In this document: in pieces, positions 28,196 to 37,815 of the stretch
Layout: every line of letters starts with the position of its first letter
Numbering within the stretch: position 1 is the first letter of the stretch
NCBI GenBank assembly: GCA_963698595.1
Contig: CAVORL010000002.1
Span: 80,555-144,554, forward strand
DNA: 64,000 bases
DNA from: an uncultured Chloroflexia bacterium
GTDB lineage: Bacteria > Chloroflexota > Limnocylindria > Limnocylindrales > CSP1-4
Direction: 5' to 3'
Notes under the pieces: generated by a model
What the model was told of the DNA's origin: nothing
The model's database searches: none
The model's input: only the letters and a program-made list of their open reading frames with translations
Translations under genes and position numbers: made by a program

Positions 28196-29497
28196 CTATC
28201 CCGCCGAAATGCCGAAGTGGCGGTACTGCTCCAACCGCAGCGCGTCCGCGAGCCGGCCCGGGGGCAGCTCCACGTCGTCGGACCGGACCACTTCGTCCTG
28301 CCGGATGTCGCGGCGAAGGACGCAGCCCTCGACGAGGCCCTCAGCCAGGTACCGCTCGCTGGCCATCTCATCGGTGTTGACCGCCTCGCCGTAGGTCATG
28401 TAGCCGCCGTAGCCATCGAGGGTCTCGCCACGCAGGAGGTCGCGCTTGGCGACGGCGCAGACCTCGACGACCGGTCCGCCGAGCGGCTGGGCGAGCGGGT
28501 CGCGAAAGAGTCGCACGCGGGCGATCGCGTTGGGCACCTCGAAGTGGACGAGGTGGTAGGGAACCCAGAACGCATAGAGAGGCCCGGGGCCCATCTTGTA
28601 CAGCTCCAGGTAGTGACGCTGCTTCGGATCGGCATGCTCGGCCAGCACGTACACCTTCGTGCCGATCGTGCCGACCGTGTAGTCGATGATCCCCCCGAGG
28701 TCGCGGATCACATCGAGGATCGGCATGTAGAGCTCGGGCAGCTTCTCGGGGAGCTCGCGGAACTCCCGGCCGCGGGACATGCCGCGCTCGAGCACGCGGA
28801 ATCCGGTCGCGTTCGCGACGATCGCCTGCTCGCAGCTGATCTTCGTGCCGTCGGCGAAGCTCGTGACCATCGACGGGTTCTGCCCCCAGCGCTCGGCCCA
28901 GCCCTGCTGGGTCGTCGGGTTGCGGTAGGGATCCTGCAGACCCTTGACATTGCCGATGACGCGCGGGACCAGGCCGAGGCCCCGAACCCAGCGGACAAGG
29001 TTGAGCTGGACCCCGGGCTCGTCGCCGTCGCACGCCGACATGATGACGCCGTGCTCGCGGGCCTTCACCTGGAGGAGCGGACCGATCGTCGCGTCGAGCT
29101 CGGCGTTCATCAGGACGACGTCCTTGCCGTGGCCAAACGCCTCCAGGACGACGTGGGTCGCGTACTCGACCGCTCCGGTCGCCTCGACGAGGACGTCGAT
29201 CTCCGGCGACCGGCACAGGAGGAGCGGGTCCGCCGTGACGGCCGTGCCACCGGCCGCGATCGCCCGATCCAGCGAAGCCTGTGTGTCGGCCCTCACCGGC
29301 TCCACGCCGGCATACCGTGTCACGCCCGCCGCGCGCTCGACCCGGCGACCTGCGACGGCGGCCAGGCGCATCCCCGGCACGCTGTTGACAAGCTGGTTCG
29401 CGAGGCCCTGGGCCATGAAGCCGGCCCCCACGACGCCGACCCGGATCGGCGTGCCGGCGGCCTCCAGCTCCCGGAGCGCGGCGTCGACGATGATCAT
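28196..29497 (-). CDS. NAD(P)-binding oxidoreductase of the homoserine-dehydrogenase-like / SAF-domain family
   Basis: 433 aa. Rossmann start IRVGVVGAGFMAQG and a C-terminal SAF-like beta-clip (..VCAVAKRDLLRGETLDG..). It sits directly downstream of the RmlC-like gene. Confidence 0.8.
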   Translation of the reverse strand: MIIVDAALRELEAAGTPIRVGVVGAGFMAQGLANQLVNSVPGMRLAAVAGRRVERAAGVTRYAGVEPVRADTQASLDRAIAAGGTAVTADPLLLCRSPEIDVLVEATGAVEYATHVVLEAFGHGKDVVLMNAELDATIGPLLQVKAREHGVIMSACDGDEPGVQLNLVRWVRGLGLVPRVIGNVKGLQDPYRNPTTQQGWAERWGQNPSMVTSFADGTKISCEQAIVANATGFRVLERGMSRGREFRELPEKLPELYMPILDVIRDLGGIIDYTVGTIGTKVYVLAEHADPKQRHYLELYKMGPGPLYAFWVPYHLVHFEVPNAIARVRLFRDPLAQPLGGPVVEVCAVAKRDLLRGETLDGYGGYMTYGEAVNTDEMASERYLAEGLVEGCVLRRDIRQDEVVRSDDVELPPGRLADALRLEQYRHFGISAG

Positions 29498-29501
29498 CGG
29501 C

Positions 29502-30068
29502 TCAGGCCACGGTCATGCGCCGCCGGAGGTCGGCCTCGATGTCGGCGAGGAGCGGCCAGGCACCGTCCTTCGGGGACATCTCCCCCGCCGGGAGCGGCCA
29601 GGCGATGGCGAGCCGCGGGTCGTCGAAGCGGAGGCCCCCCTCCAAGTCGGGTGCGTAGAATTCGCCGACCAGGTAGCTCGTCTCGGTCTCGTCCTGCAGG
29701 GCCTGATAGCCGTGGGCAAAGCGGCGCGGGACGAAGAGCGATCGTCCGTTGTCGGCGGTCAGCTCGACCGCGACGTGCTCGAGGTACGTCGGGGATTCGG
29801 GGCGCATGTCCACGATCACGTCGACGATCGCGCCGCGGGTGCACCGGACGAGCTTCGTCTCGGCCGCCGGCGGGTACTGGAAGTGCATGCCGCGGAGCGT
29901 GCCGCGCCGCCGGTTGAATGCGACGTTGCCCTGGGCGATGACCGGCTCGAGACCGTGCTCGCGGAACTCGTCCTGGCAGAACGCCCGGGCGAAGTAGCCG
30001 CGGTCGTCCTCCCGGCGCTCGAGGTCGACGATGAACGCGCCCTGGAGCTTCGTCTCGGTGAAGATCAT
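29502..30068 (-). CDS. NDP-4-dehydro-6-deoxyhexose 3,5-epimerase (RmlC/RfbC cupin family)
   Basis: MIFTETKLQGAFIVDLERREDDRGYFARAF..GTLRGMHFQ..KLVRCTRGAIVDVIVDMR. The track ORF opens at 30128. I prefer ATG 30068 (codon 21), which has GGAGAGGG upstream. Confidence 0.85.
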   Translation of the reverse strand: MIFTETKLQGAFIVDLERREDDRGYFARAFCQDEFREHGLEPVIAQGNVAFNRRRGTLRGMHFQYPPAAETKLVRCTRGAIVDVIVDMRPESPTYLEHVAVELTADNGRSLFVPRRFAHGYQALQDETETSYLVGEFYAPDLEGGLRFDDPRLAIAWPLPAGEMSPKDGAWPLLADIEADLRRRMTVA

Positions 30069-30317
30069 GTCCCTCTCCGGCCTGCTCGTGGCGACATCCC
30101 GGATCGCCTGGTCCCTCCCACCAACCACTCGGCGACGGTCCTTCCCGTGCCATCTTGATGGTACTGTGCCCGGGACCGGCGACGGTGCGCGGCCTTCATC
30201 CCCGGGAATCGATCGGTGCGCGCGCGCAACGGGTCGCCCGGAGGCCCGTGACAGGCGACGCCGTGGTCAGCGACACTGGGCCGGTTCGCTGACGATCGAA
30301 GGGAGGGGACTTCGCTC

Positions 30318-31106
30318 ATGAAGGTGGTGCTGTTCTCGGGCGGACTCGGGCTCCGCGTTCGCGAGTACCCCGACGTCGCGCCGAAGCCGATGATCCCGAT
30401 CGGCGTGCGACCCATCCTCTGGCACATCATGCGCTACTACGCTCACTTCGGGCACCGGGACTTCGTGCTGTGCCTGGGCTACCGCGCGGATGTCGTGAAG
30501 TCCTACTTCCTCAATTACAGCGAGGCGATGTCGAACGACTTCGTCATGAGCGACGGAGGACGCTCGCTGGAGCTCCTCCAGACCGACATCCAGGACTGGC
30601 GGATCCACTTCGCGGATACGGGCCTCCACACGGTCGTGGGCCAGCGGCTGCGCGCGGTTCGCCGCTACGTGGACGGCGAGGAGATGTTCCTCGCCAACTA
30701 CGGTGACACGCTGACCGACGCACCACTGCCGGATCTCATCGAAGCCTTCAGCCGAACGGACAACGTGGCAGCGTTCCTGGCGGTCCGTCCGACGTACTCG
30801 TTCCATCTCGTCGAGTCCACGCCCGACGGAACGGTGCAGGCGATCAACCACGTGCGGGAGGCCGAGACGCGGATCAACGGCGGCTACTTCATCTTCCGTC
30901 GGGAGATCTTCGACTACATCCGCGAGGGCGAGGAGATGGTCGAGGAGCCGTTCCGCCGCCTGATCGCCGAGCGCAAGCTCATGGCGTTTCGCCACGACGG
31001 CTTCTGGGCGCCCATGGACACGCTCAAGGACAAGCAGGACCTCGACGAGCTGTACGAAGGCGGCTCGGCCCCCTGGGCCGTGTGGCTCCCGCCGGCGTCG
31101 GGCTGA
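30318..31106 (+). CDS. rfbF: Glucose-1-phosphate cytidylyltransferase
   Basis: MKVVLFSGGLGLRVREY..PKPMIPIGVRPILWHIMRYYAHFGHRDFVLCLGYRADVVKSYFLNY is near-canonical RfbF. RBS GGGAGGGG. Confidence 0.9.
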   Translation: MKVVLFSGGLGLRVREYPDVAPKPMIPIGVRPILWHIMRYYAHFGHRDFVLCLGYRADVVKSYFLNYSEAMSNDFVMSDGGRSLELLQTDIQDWRIHFADTGLHTVVGQRLRAVRRYVDGEEMFLANYGDTLTDAPLPDLIEAFSRTDNVAAFLAVRPTYSFHLVESTPDGTVQAINHVREAETRINGGYFIFRREIFDYIREGEEMVEEPFRRLIAERKLMAFRHDGFWAPMDTLKDKQDLDELYEGGSAPWAVWLPPASG

Positions 31107-31145
31107 GGATGCCCGGCACGCCCGCCGGACCCCGCGGGCCTGCTG

Positions 31146-32192
31146 TCAGCGCGCGACGTTCGCGCCGCGACGGGGGCGCAGGTCGGGCCCGAGGGACCCG
31201 TCCGCGAGGCGCTGGCGGATCCGGGCGATCCGCTGGAAGCGGGGCCCCTCGACCTCGTCGAGCGTGAGCCCGGTGGCGGCGTATGCCGCGGCGAGCTCGG
31301 CCGCACCGCGACGGGCGTCCCAGGCCGCCTCGAACCCGACCGCCTCGGAGAACCGGTCGCCCCGGACCCGGTAGTTGCGGACGTCCGGCGACGCATCTGG
31401 GGCGAACTCGACGGCACATCCCGGCACGGCGTCCGCGACGATCCTCGCGAGGTCGCGGACCTGGTAGTTCTCGGCCGTGGAGACAACGTTGAACGCCTTT
31501 CCCCCGACAGCCTCGCGGGGTGCAGTCAGCGCGAGCAGGAAGGCCTGGGCGATGTCGCGGATGTGCACGATCGGGCGCCAGGGCGATCCGTCACTCTTGA
31601 GGCGGACGACGCCGGTCGTGTGCGCCCAGGCGACAAGGTTGTTGAGGACGATGTCGCACCTGAGGCGGGGCGAGACGCCGTAGGCCGTCGCATTGCGGAG
31701 GGACACGACCGTGAATGACGGTCCGTCGAGCGCGGCGATGTCCCGCTCGACTCGGACCTTCAATTCGCCGTAGGGCGTGACCGGCCGGAGCGGCGACTCC
31801 TCGTCCAGGAGCGATCCGCCGGCGGCCCCGTAGTTGCTGCAGGACGAGGAGAACAGGAACCGGCCCACCCCGGCCTCGCGGCCGAGGCGGGCGAGGCGGA
31901 CGCTGGCGAGATGGTTGATGTCGTAGGTCAGCTCCGCGTCGAGGTCGCCGAGCGGGTCGTTCGAAAGCGCCGCCAGGTGCACGATGGCCTCGATCCCGGC
32001 GAGCTGCCGCGCCTCGACGTCCCGCAGGTCGGCGTCGACCACGGGCACCTCGACGAGGGCGGTGGGGTCACCGAACGTGCCGCCGCGATAGAGGTCGCTG
32101 TCGAGCCCGATCACCTCGTGGCCCGCTGCCTGGAGGACGGGCACCACGACGGCGCCGATGTAGCCGAGATGACCGGTGACGAGAACGCGCAT
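31146..32192 (-). CDS. Extended-SDR NAD-dependent sugar epimerase/dehydratase
   Basis: [14 protein letters not shown] Rossmann motif and catalytic [13 protein letters not shown]. Confidence 0.85.
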   Translation of the reverse strand: MRVLVTGHLGYIGAVVVPVLQAAGHEVIGLDSDLYRGGTFGDPTALVEVPVVDADLRDVEARQLAGIEAIVHLAALSNDPLGDLDAELTYDINHLASVRLARLGREAGVGRFLFSSSCSNYGAAGGSLLDEESPLRPVTPYGELKVRVERDIAALDGPSFTVVSLRNATAYGVSPRLRCDIVLNNLVAWAHTTGVVRLKSDGSPWRPIVHIRDIAQAFLLALTAPREAVGGKAFNVVSTAENYQVRDLARIVADAVPGCAVEFAPDASPDVRNYRVRGDRFSEAVGFEAAWDARRGAAELAAAYAATGLTLDEVEGPRFQRIARIRQRLADGSLGPDLRPRRGANVAR

Positions 32193-32222
32193 GAACAGGA
32201 ACCCTCCCTCGTGGATGACGGG

Positions 32223-32912
32223 TCAGACGACGATCCTCGGGCAGACGAACGCCTCGGCGAGGCCGCCAGGGGCGCGGCACTCGATGCCGCGCAGGCGCAG
32301 GATCGCGTGGAACGTGTCGGCGCTGAACCAGTCGTGCCCTTCCTGGGACCCGAACGACGCCAGGATGTGGGTGACCTTGGCGACGCCCTCGTCGGGGCGG
32401 AGGGGCACGTACAGGTTCGCCTGCCCGAGGTCGCCGTCCCACTTCGGGATCTCGTACTCGAGGACCGTCGCCGCGCGAAAGATCTGCGGGACGAGCTCGG
32501 CCACGAGCCGGTGGTCCTGGTGGGCATCGTCGCGCCGAGGGCCCAGCACCACGTCGGGCGCGAACGCCTGGTGCGCTGCGAGGGCCTCCTTCGGAGCGGC
32601 TCCCAGGAACGGCAGGTAGCCGTCGCGCAGGTCGCCGACGATCACCCGGTGCTCCGTCCCGGCCAGGAGGCTCTCGGCACTCGCCCGCGCCTCGTCGGCC
32701 CGCCTCGGGTCCGGCGCGGCGAGCACCACCCAGGTGACATCGGCGTCGGGACGCTCCGCGACGAGCCGGGCAATGGTCCCGCCCGCGCCGATCTCGGCGT
32801 CGTCGGGATGCGCCCCGAGGACGAGGATCCGCGGGTCGCGATGGGCCGGCAGGCCCAGTCGCTCCGACAGCGGCCGCACGGCCGCGGTCCCGGGTGGCAT
32901 CTGCGTTCTCAT
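32223..32912 (-). CDS. PIG-L/LmbE-family N-acetyl-sugar deacetylase
   Basis: ILVLGAHPDDAEIGAGGTIA and DDAHQDHR zinc-binding motifs. Confidence 0.85.
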   Translation of the reverse strand: MRTQMPPGTAAVRPLSERLGLPAHRDPRILVLGAHPDDAEIGAGGTIARLVAERPDADVTWVVLAAPDPRRADEARASAESLLAGTEHRVIVGDLRDGYLPFLGAAPKEALAAHQAFAPDVVLGPRRDDAHQDHRLVAELVPQIFRAATVLEYEIPKWDGDLGQANLYVPLRPDEGVAKVTHILASFGSQEGHDWFSADTFHAILRLRGIECRAPGGLAEAFVCPRIVV

Positions 32913-33000
32913 GGTCTCCTCGTGGGGCCGGGTCCCGGGCCGGGGCGGGCGCGACCCCCTCCGGGATAGCCGGGAGCCCGCGAGCGCTGATCGAGCTGCG

Positions 33001-33984
33001 TCAACCCGGTGCCACTGATCGGCGAACCCGGAAGCGCCGGAGCCGACGCGCGATGATGCGGCGCGTGAGCATCGGGTAGTAGCGCAGCTCCTGGCTGCGC
33101 GTGGCCCGGGTCAGGGTCTGTCGCGCGGCGCTGTCCAGTGGGACCTGCTGGATGATCCTCCGCAGATCCGCGTAGTACTGGTGGACGTCCCGGGCCGAGG
33201 CGGCAACCTTGGGGAACCGGGCCAGGCCGAATCGCCCGTTGTGGCGCGTCCAGCGAGGATCCGAGTCGCCTCCCAGGACCAGGTCGCGATGGAAGAAGAG
33301 GGTCTCGCCGGCGACATGGAAATCCCCCTCGAACATCAGCCGGAAGACGGCGAGCAGGTCGATCGCGTAGTAGCCGCGGTTCGGGTTCCGGATGGGGCCG
33401 GGCGGCGCGAAGCCGAGTCGCTGCATGACGGGCGTTCGCATCAGCCCGTAGATCAGCGTGGCGTGCCCACCCCCCGGCGGCGCTTCGATGAACCGCAGCG
33501 CCCGGGCGACCGTCGTGCCCGCAGGGTAGACCGAGGCGACGTCGTAGTCGCACTGCCGGGCGCCGTATTCGTCGATCGAGGCGGCGTTGCTGCCGGCGAG
33601 GATCACCGATCCACGGCCGCCCAGGGCCTCCACCATCGTGGCGAGATAGGTGGGGTCGAACCGGTCATCGTGGCACGCCCACATGAAGCTCGGCGCAGTC
33701 GCGAGGTCGAGGAGGCCGGCGAAGTTCGGTTGGAGCCCGATGTTGTGGGCCTGCCGGTGGTAGTGGATCCTGGCGTCTCTCCGGGCGTACTCCTCGCAGA
33801 TCGCTTGCGTCGCATCGGTCGAGGCGTTGTCCGAGATGTGCAGCTCGAAATCCCCGAAAGTCTGGCCGAGGAGTGACTCGATCCCTTCGCGGATGAACTC
33901 CTCGCCGTTCCACACGGGCATCCCGATGCTCACCGCGGGCCCCCGTTCCCGACGGCCGCGAGACGCGTCCACGCTGCGTGCCAT
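33001..33984 (-). CDS. Glycosyltransferase family 2
   Basis: VSIGMPVWNGEEFIREGIESLLGQTFGDFELHISDNASTDAT (GT-A DxD region). The track opens at GTG 34035; ATG 33984 (codon 18) has GGGAGG upstream. Confidence 0.8.
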   Translation of the reverse strand: MARSVDASRGRRERGPAVSIGMPVWNGEEFIREGIESLLGQTFGDFELHISDNASTDATQAICEEYARRDARIHYHRQAHNIGLQPNFAGLLDLATAPSFMWACHDDRFDPTYLATMVEALGGRGSVILAGSNAASIDEYGARQCDYDVASVYPAGTTVARALRFIEAPPGGGHATLIYGLMRTPVMQRLGFAPPGPIRNPNRGYYAIDLLAVFRLMFEGDFHVAGETLFFHRDLVLGGDSDPRWTRHNGRFGLARFPKVAASARDVHQYYADLRRIIQQVPLDSAARQTLTRATRSQELRYYPMLTRRIIARRLRRFRVRRSVAPG

Positions 33985-34250
33985 GTCCTCCCATTCCCTA
34001 CGTGCATGCCGACGTGCGCGGGCACCACTCGTCACCGGCAGGCGTGCACATTCTGCCTCACGGGCTGGGCCGACAGGAAGATGTGGTCCGCGGCGCGGTG
34101 CGCCGAGGCACCGGCCGACGCCGGCTTCCCCACCGCACCGTCAATCGGCAGCCGGCACCGCGACTCGAGAGCGCGCTGAGAGGTTCCGGTTCAGCCCGCA
34201 GCCAGGGGCCCCCGCGCCGCTGACCTTCGTGTTGCCCGCCGGCGTGGCCT

Positions 34251-35678
34251 TCAGCCGGCCGCCGGTGACGAACCGACGCGGGGCGGGACCCCGAGTCCAA
34301 GCACGCGGACGCCCGGCGGGAACGTGGTGTCGCCGAGACCGTTCCTTCCGTCCAGCACCACCTGGAGGTCCGGGAACCAGGTCGCGTCGAGGGACCGGAA
34401 GACGGCGTCGGCGGTCTGGAGGACGATCGCCCGGGCGGTGCTGGGTGCTCCCCACGTCCACGGTTCGGCTCCGCAGCGCTCGATCTCGTCGGTCGAGAGC
34501 AGCGGATCCCAGGCTGCCACACGTGCCCCCTCCTCCGCGAGCCGCTCGATGAGGGGGATGGCCCGCGAGTAGGCAAGCTCCCTCACGCCCTCCCGGTAGG
34601 TCAGGCCGAGGACCACGACGGGAACGTCCGCGAGCGATCCCAGCGCGGCGAGGAGCGCCCGGACGGCGACGTCGACCTGCCCGTCGTTCACCTGGCGAGC
34701 CAGCGCCACGAGCTCCATCTCCGGGGCGCGCGAGAGAAGGAAGTGCGGGTAGACGGGGATGCAATGGCCACCCACGCCCAGCCCGGGCTGGTGGATGTGG
34801 CTGTAGGGCTGGCTGTTGGCTGCCCGGATCACCTCCAGCACGTCGATGCCGATCCGGTCCGCGTAGCGGGCAAGCTCGTTCGCGAAGGCGATGTTGAGGT
34901 CGCGGTACGTGGTGTCGGCGAGCTTGCTCAGCTCAGCTGCCTCCGCGGAGCTCATGGCCACCACCTCCGCGTCGAGCACGGACGCATAGAACTGCGCGGC
35001 CAGCTCCGTGGAGGCCGGCCCCACGCCGCCGACGAGCTTCGGGTACGTGGCAAGATTGCGGAAGACCGCTCCGGTGAAGAGGCGTTCCGGGGAAAAGGCG
35101 ACGAAGAGGTCGCGTTCGGCCACGAGCCCGGTTGCGGCCTCCAGCATGGGCACGTAGCGGTTCCGCGTATCGCCCGCGGGCAGCGTCGTCTCGAAGATCA
35201 CCGTCGCCCCGGCGCGCACGCCGCGAGCGATCGTGCTCGTCGCCGCGTCCATGTGGCGGTAGTCCGGCTGCTGCCCGGCGTCGAGCATCACCGGGACGAT
35301 CAGGACGACGACGTCCGACTCGGCCGCGGCCGCCGCCCCGTCCGTCGTCGCCCGGAGCCGGCCCGCCGCGTGAGCCTCGGCGACGCGCTCTGCAAGGCCG
35401 GGCTCCTCGGCCACGTGGGCGACGCCCTCGTTGATCGCGTCCACGACCGCCGTGTTGACATCGACGGCGAGGACGCTCCAACCATGGGATGCGAACTGGG
35501 CGGCCAGGGGCAGGCCCATCTTGCCCGCGCCGACCACGGTGACCGTGCCGGCCGTCCCGGGCTCCCCAGCCCACGGCGTGACGATGCGCGCCGGGGCGTG
35601 GCGACAGGGATGCTCCGGGAGGGAGATCGTCCCACCGATGACGCTCGCCGAGCTGGAGGGGCGGTTGGTGATCGTCAT
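34251..35678 (-). CDS. UDP-sugar 6-dehydrogenase (UDP-glucose/GDP-mannose dehydrogenase family; WbpA-like)
   Basis: VTVVGAGKMGLPLAAQFA Rossmann motif and the catalytic-Cys region GLGVGGHCIPVYP. ATG 35678 overlaps the upstream stop (ATGA). The track ORF extends to 35771. Confidence 0.85.
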   Translation of the reverse strand: MTITNRPSSSASVIGGTISLPEHPCRHAPARIVTPWAGEPGTAGTVTVVGAGKMGLPLAAQFASHGWSVLAVDVNTAVVDAINEGVAHVAEEPGLAERVAEAHAAGRLRATTDGAAAAAESDVVVLIVPVMLDAGQQPDYRHMDAATSTIARGVRAGATVIFETTLPAGDTRNRYVPMLEAATGLVAERDLFVAFSPERLFTGAVFRNLATYPKLVGGVGPASTELAAQFYASVLDAEVVAMSSAEAAELSKLADTTYRDLNIAFANELARYADRIGIDVLEVIRAANSQPYSHIHQPGLGVGGHCIPVYPHFLLSRAPEMELVALARQVNDGQVDVAVRALLAALGSLADVPVVVLGLTYREGVRELAYSRAIPLIERLAEEGARVAAWDPLLSTDEIERCGAEPWTWGAPSTARAIVLQTADAVFRSLDATWFPDLQVVLDGRNGLGDTTFPPGVRVLGLGVPPRVGSSPAAG

Positions 35679-36700
35679 CGCGCCGGGATCCTCGCGGCGA
35701 GGCCGGACAGGTCGACCGGGCGGCCCTCGGCGGCGGCCTGCAGCAGGCTCGTGGCGATCGCCACGGCCCACAGCCCATCCGTCCCGTTGACGATCGGGCG
35801 ACCACCGTCGCGGGCCACGGCAAGGAACGCGTCGAGCTCGGCGGCGAGCGGCTCGCGGCTCGCCACCTCGATGATCTCCACCTCGCCGGGGAACGTCGTC
35901 GCGTACCCACCGATGAGCGTGGGGTTGGCCGTGTCGGCCCGCGTGAAGGTGAGGCGCTGGGTGAGGTAGTCGAGCTCGAACATCCCTGCCTCGCCGACCA
36001 CCGCGAGCTGGCGTCGCTTCGCCGGGGTGAGCCAGTTCACGTCGAGCATCCCGATCGCGCCCGAGGGGAAGTGGAGGAGCCCGAAGAGGAGGTCCTCGCG
36101 CGTCGCGTCGACCCGCTGGGCAAGCTCGGCGAAGACCCGGGTGGGTCGCTCTCCGGCGATCCAGGACAGGATGTCCGCGTCATGGGTCGCGAGGTCCACC
36201 GTGACTCCGACGTCGCGGATCCGGGCCGGGTATGGCCCGGCCCGGCGGCTCGTGACCGAGTAGAGGGCGCCCAGCCATCCGTCGGCGAGGCGCCGGCCGA
36301 GCTCGAGGACCGCGGGGTTGAAGCGCTCGACGTGGCCGACCTGGACGGGTACGCCGCGCTCCTGGGCCATCCGCACGAGGGCGAGACCCTCCTCGATCGT
36401 GGCCGCCAGGGGCTTCTCGACGAGGACCGGCAGCCCCCGCTCGATCGCTGCCTCGGCGAGCGACGCATGAGCCGTGGTGGGAGCGGCCACGACCACCGCG
36501 TCGAGGGCTGCCTCACGGATCATCGCGAGCGGGTCCGGGTAGCCGGCGGCGCCGGTTGCGGCGACGGCGTCGGCGAGCGCCGCCTGGTCCGGGTCGCCCA
36601 CGGCCGACAGGCGGCAGTCCGTGCGCGAGGAGAGGTGGCGGAGGTGGTTGCGGCCCATCGAGCCGAGGCCCGCGAGGCCGACGCGGAGGGGCGCGGCCAT
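35675..36700 (-). CDS. Gfo/Idh/MocA-family oxidoreductase (WbpB-like UDP-sugar 3-dehydrogenase)
   Basis: LRVGLAGLGSMGRNHLRHL..VLVEKPLA. The start shares one nt with the upstream stop (TGATG). Confidence 0.85.
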   Translation of the reverse strand: MAAPLRVGLAGLGSMGRNHLRHLSSRTDCRLSAVGDPDQAALADAVAATGAAGYPDPLAMIREAALDAVVVAAPTTAHASLAEAAIERGLPVLVEKPLAATIEEGLALVRMAQERGVPVQVGHVERFNPAVLELGRRLADGWLGALYSVTSRRAGPYPARIRDVGVTVDLATHDADILSWIAGERPTRVFAELAQRVDATREDLLFGLLHFPSGAIGMLDVNWLTPAKRRQLAVVGEAGMFELDYLTQRLTFTRADTANPTLIGGYATTFPGEVEIIEVASREPLAAELDAFLAVARDGGRPIVNGTDGLWAVAIATSLLQAAAEGRPVDLSGLAARIPAR

Positions 36701-37815
36701 CAGTCGCGACCCCTGGCGGCCGGGGCCGCCTCGACAGGCGTCGCGACCTCGCGGATCGCGGCGATGACGTCATCCACCTCGTCACGGGTGAGGTTCGGCC
36801 TCACGGGCACCGACAGGACCTCGTCGGAGAGCCGGTTCGTGACCGGGAGGTGGAGGTCAGCTGCCCCGGGCACGAACGCCTGGAGGTAGGCCTGCCGGTG
36901 GATGGGGACGGGGTAGTAGATCAGGGTTCCCACGCCCCGCTCCGTGAGACCCCGGATCACCTGCTCACGCTGACCGGGGAAGCGCATCGTGAACTGGTGC
37001 CACACGTGCTCTCGTCCGTCCGGTACGCGGGGCACGAGGTAGCCACGGAGGCCCTCGCCGAGCCGGGCTGCGTTCTCCCGACGCCGGGCGGTGCGCTCGT
37101 CGAGGCGGGACAGCTGGGCCAGCCCGATCGCCGCCGCGAGGTCGGTCGGCTTGAAGTTCGAGCCCAGCGCCTCGTGGTGGTAGCGCTCGCGCATCCCGTG
37201 GTTCCGGTAGAGCCGGATCCGGTCGGCCAGCCCGTCGTCGTCGGTCGTCGCGAAGCCGCCCTCGCCCATCATGAGGTTCTTCGTCGCGTACAGGCTGAAC
37301 ATGGCCGGCCCGAACTGCCCCGCCCGCCGGCCGCGATACGTCGCCCCGTGCGCCTGCGCCGCATCCTCCACGAGGGCGATCCCGTGCTGCTCCGCGATGG
37401 CGACGAGGGGATCCATGTCGGCCATGAGACCGTACAGGTGGACTGGAAGGATCGCCCTCGTGCGCGACGTGATGGCCGCCTCGACGAGGTCGGGATCCAT
37501 GCAGAAGTCGTCCGGGCGGACATCCACGAACACCGGGCGCGCGCCGGCCTGCAGGATCGCGCTGACCGTGGCGTTGAAGGTGAAGCCGACCGTGATCACC
37601 TCGTCGCCCCGGCCGATCCCGAGCGACCGCAGGACCGCCTCCAGGGCCACCGTTCCGTTCGACATGAGAACCGCGTGCCGAACGCCGCAATAGGCGGCCC
37701 AGGCCTCCTCGAACTCGGCGGTCCGGCGCCCCATGGCCAGCATCCCGGACCTGAGGACGTCGAGAACAGCCTGCTCCTCGGCCGGACCGACGTCGGGCTT
37801 CGAGATCGGGATCAT
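36700..37815 (-). CDS. DegT/DnrJ/EryC1/StrS-family PLP aminotransferase (WbpE-like)
   Basis: MIPISKPDVGPAEEQAVLDVLRSGMLAMG..SNGTVALE..FSLYATKNLMMGEGG (Lys of the Schiff base). Codon 50 of track ORF 36700..37962. ATGA overlap with the upstream gene. Confidence 0.9.
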   Translation of the reverse strand: MIPISKPDVGPAEEQAVLDVLRSGMLAMGRRTAEFEEAWAAYCGVRHAVLMSNGTVALEAVLRSLGIGRGDEVITVGFTFNATVSAILQAGARPVFVDVRPDDFCMDPDLVEAAITSRTRAILPVHLYGLMADMDPLVAIAEQHGIALVEDAAQAHGATYRGRRAGQFGPAMFSLYATKNLMMGEGGFATTDDDGLADRIRLYRNHGMRERYHHEALGSNFKPTDLAAAIGLAQLSRLDERTARRRENAARLGEGLRGYLVPRVPDGREHVWHQFTMRFPGQREQVIRGLTERGVGTLIYYPVPIHRQAYLQAFVPGAADLHLPVTNRLSDEVLSVPVRPNLTRDEVDDVIAAIREVATPVEAAPAARGRD

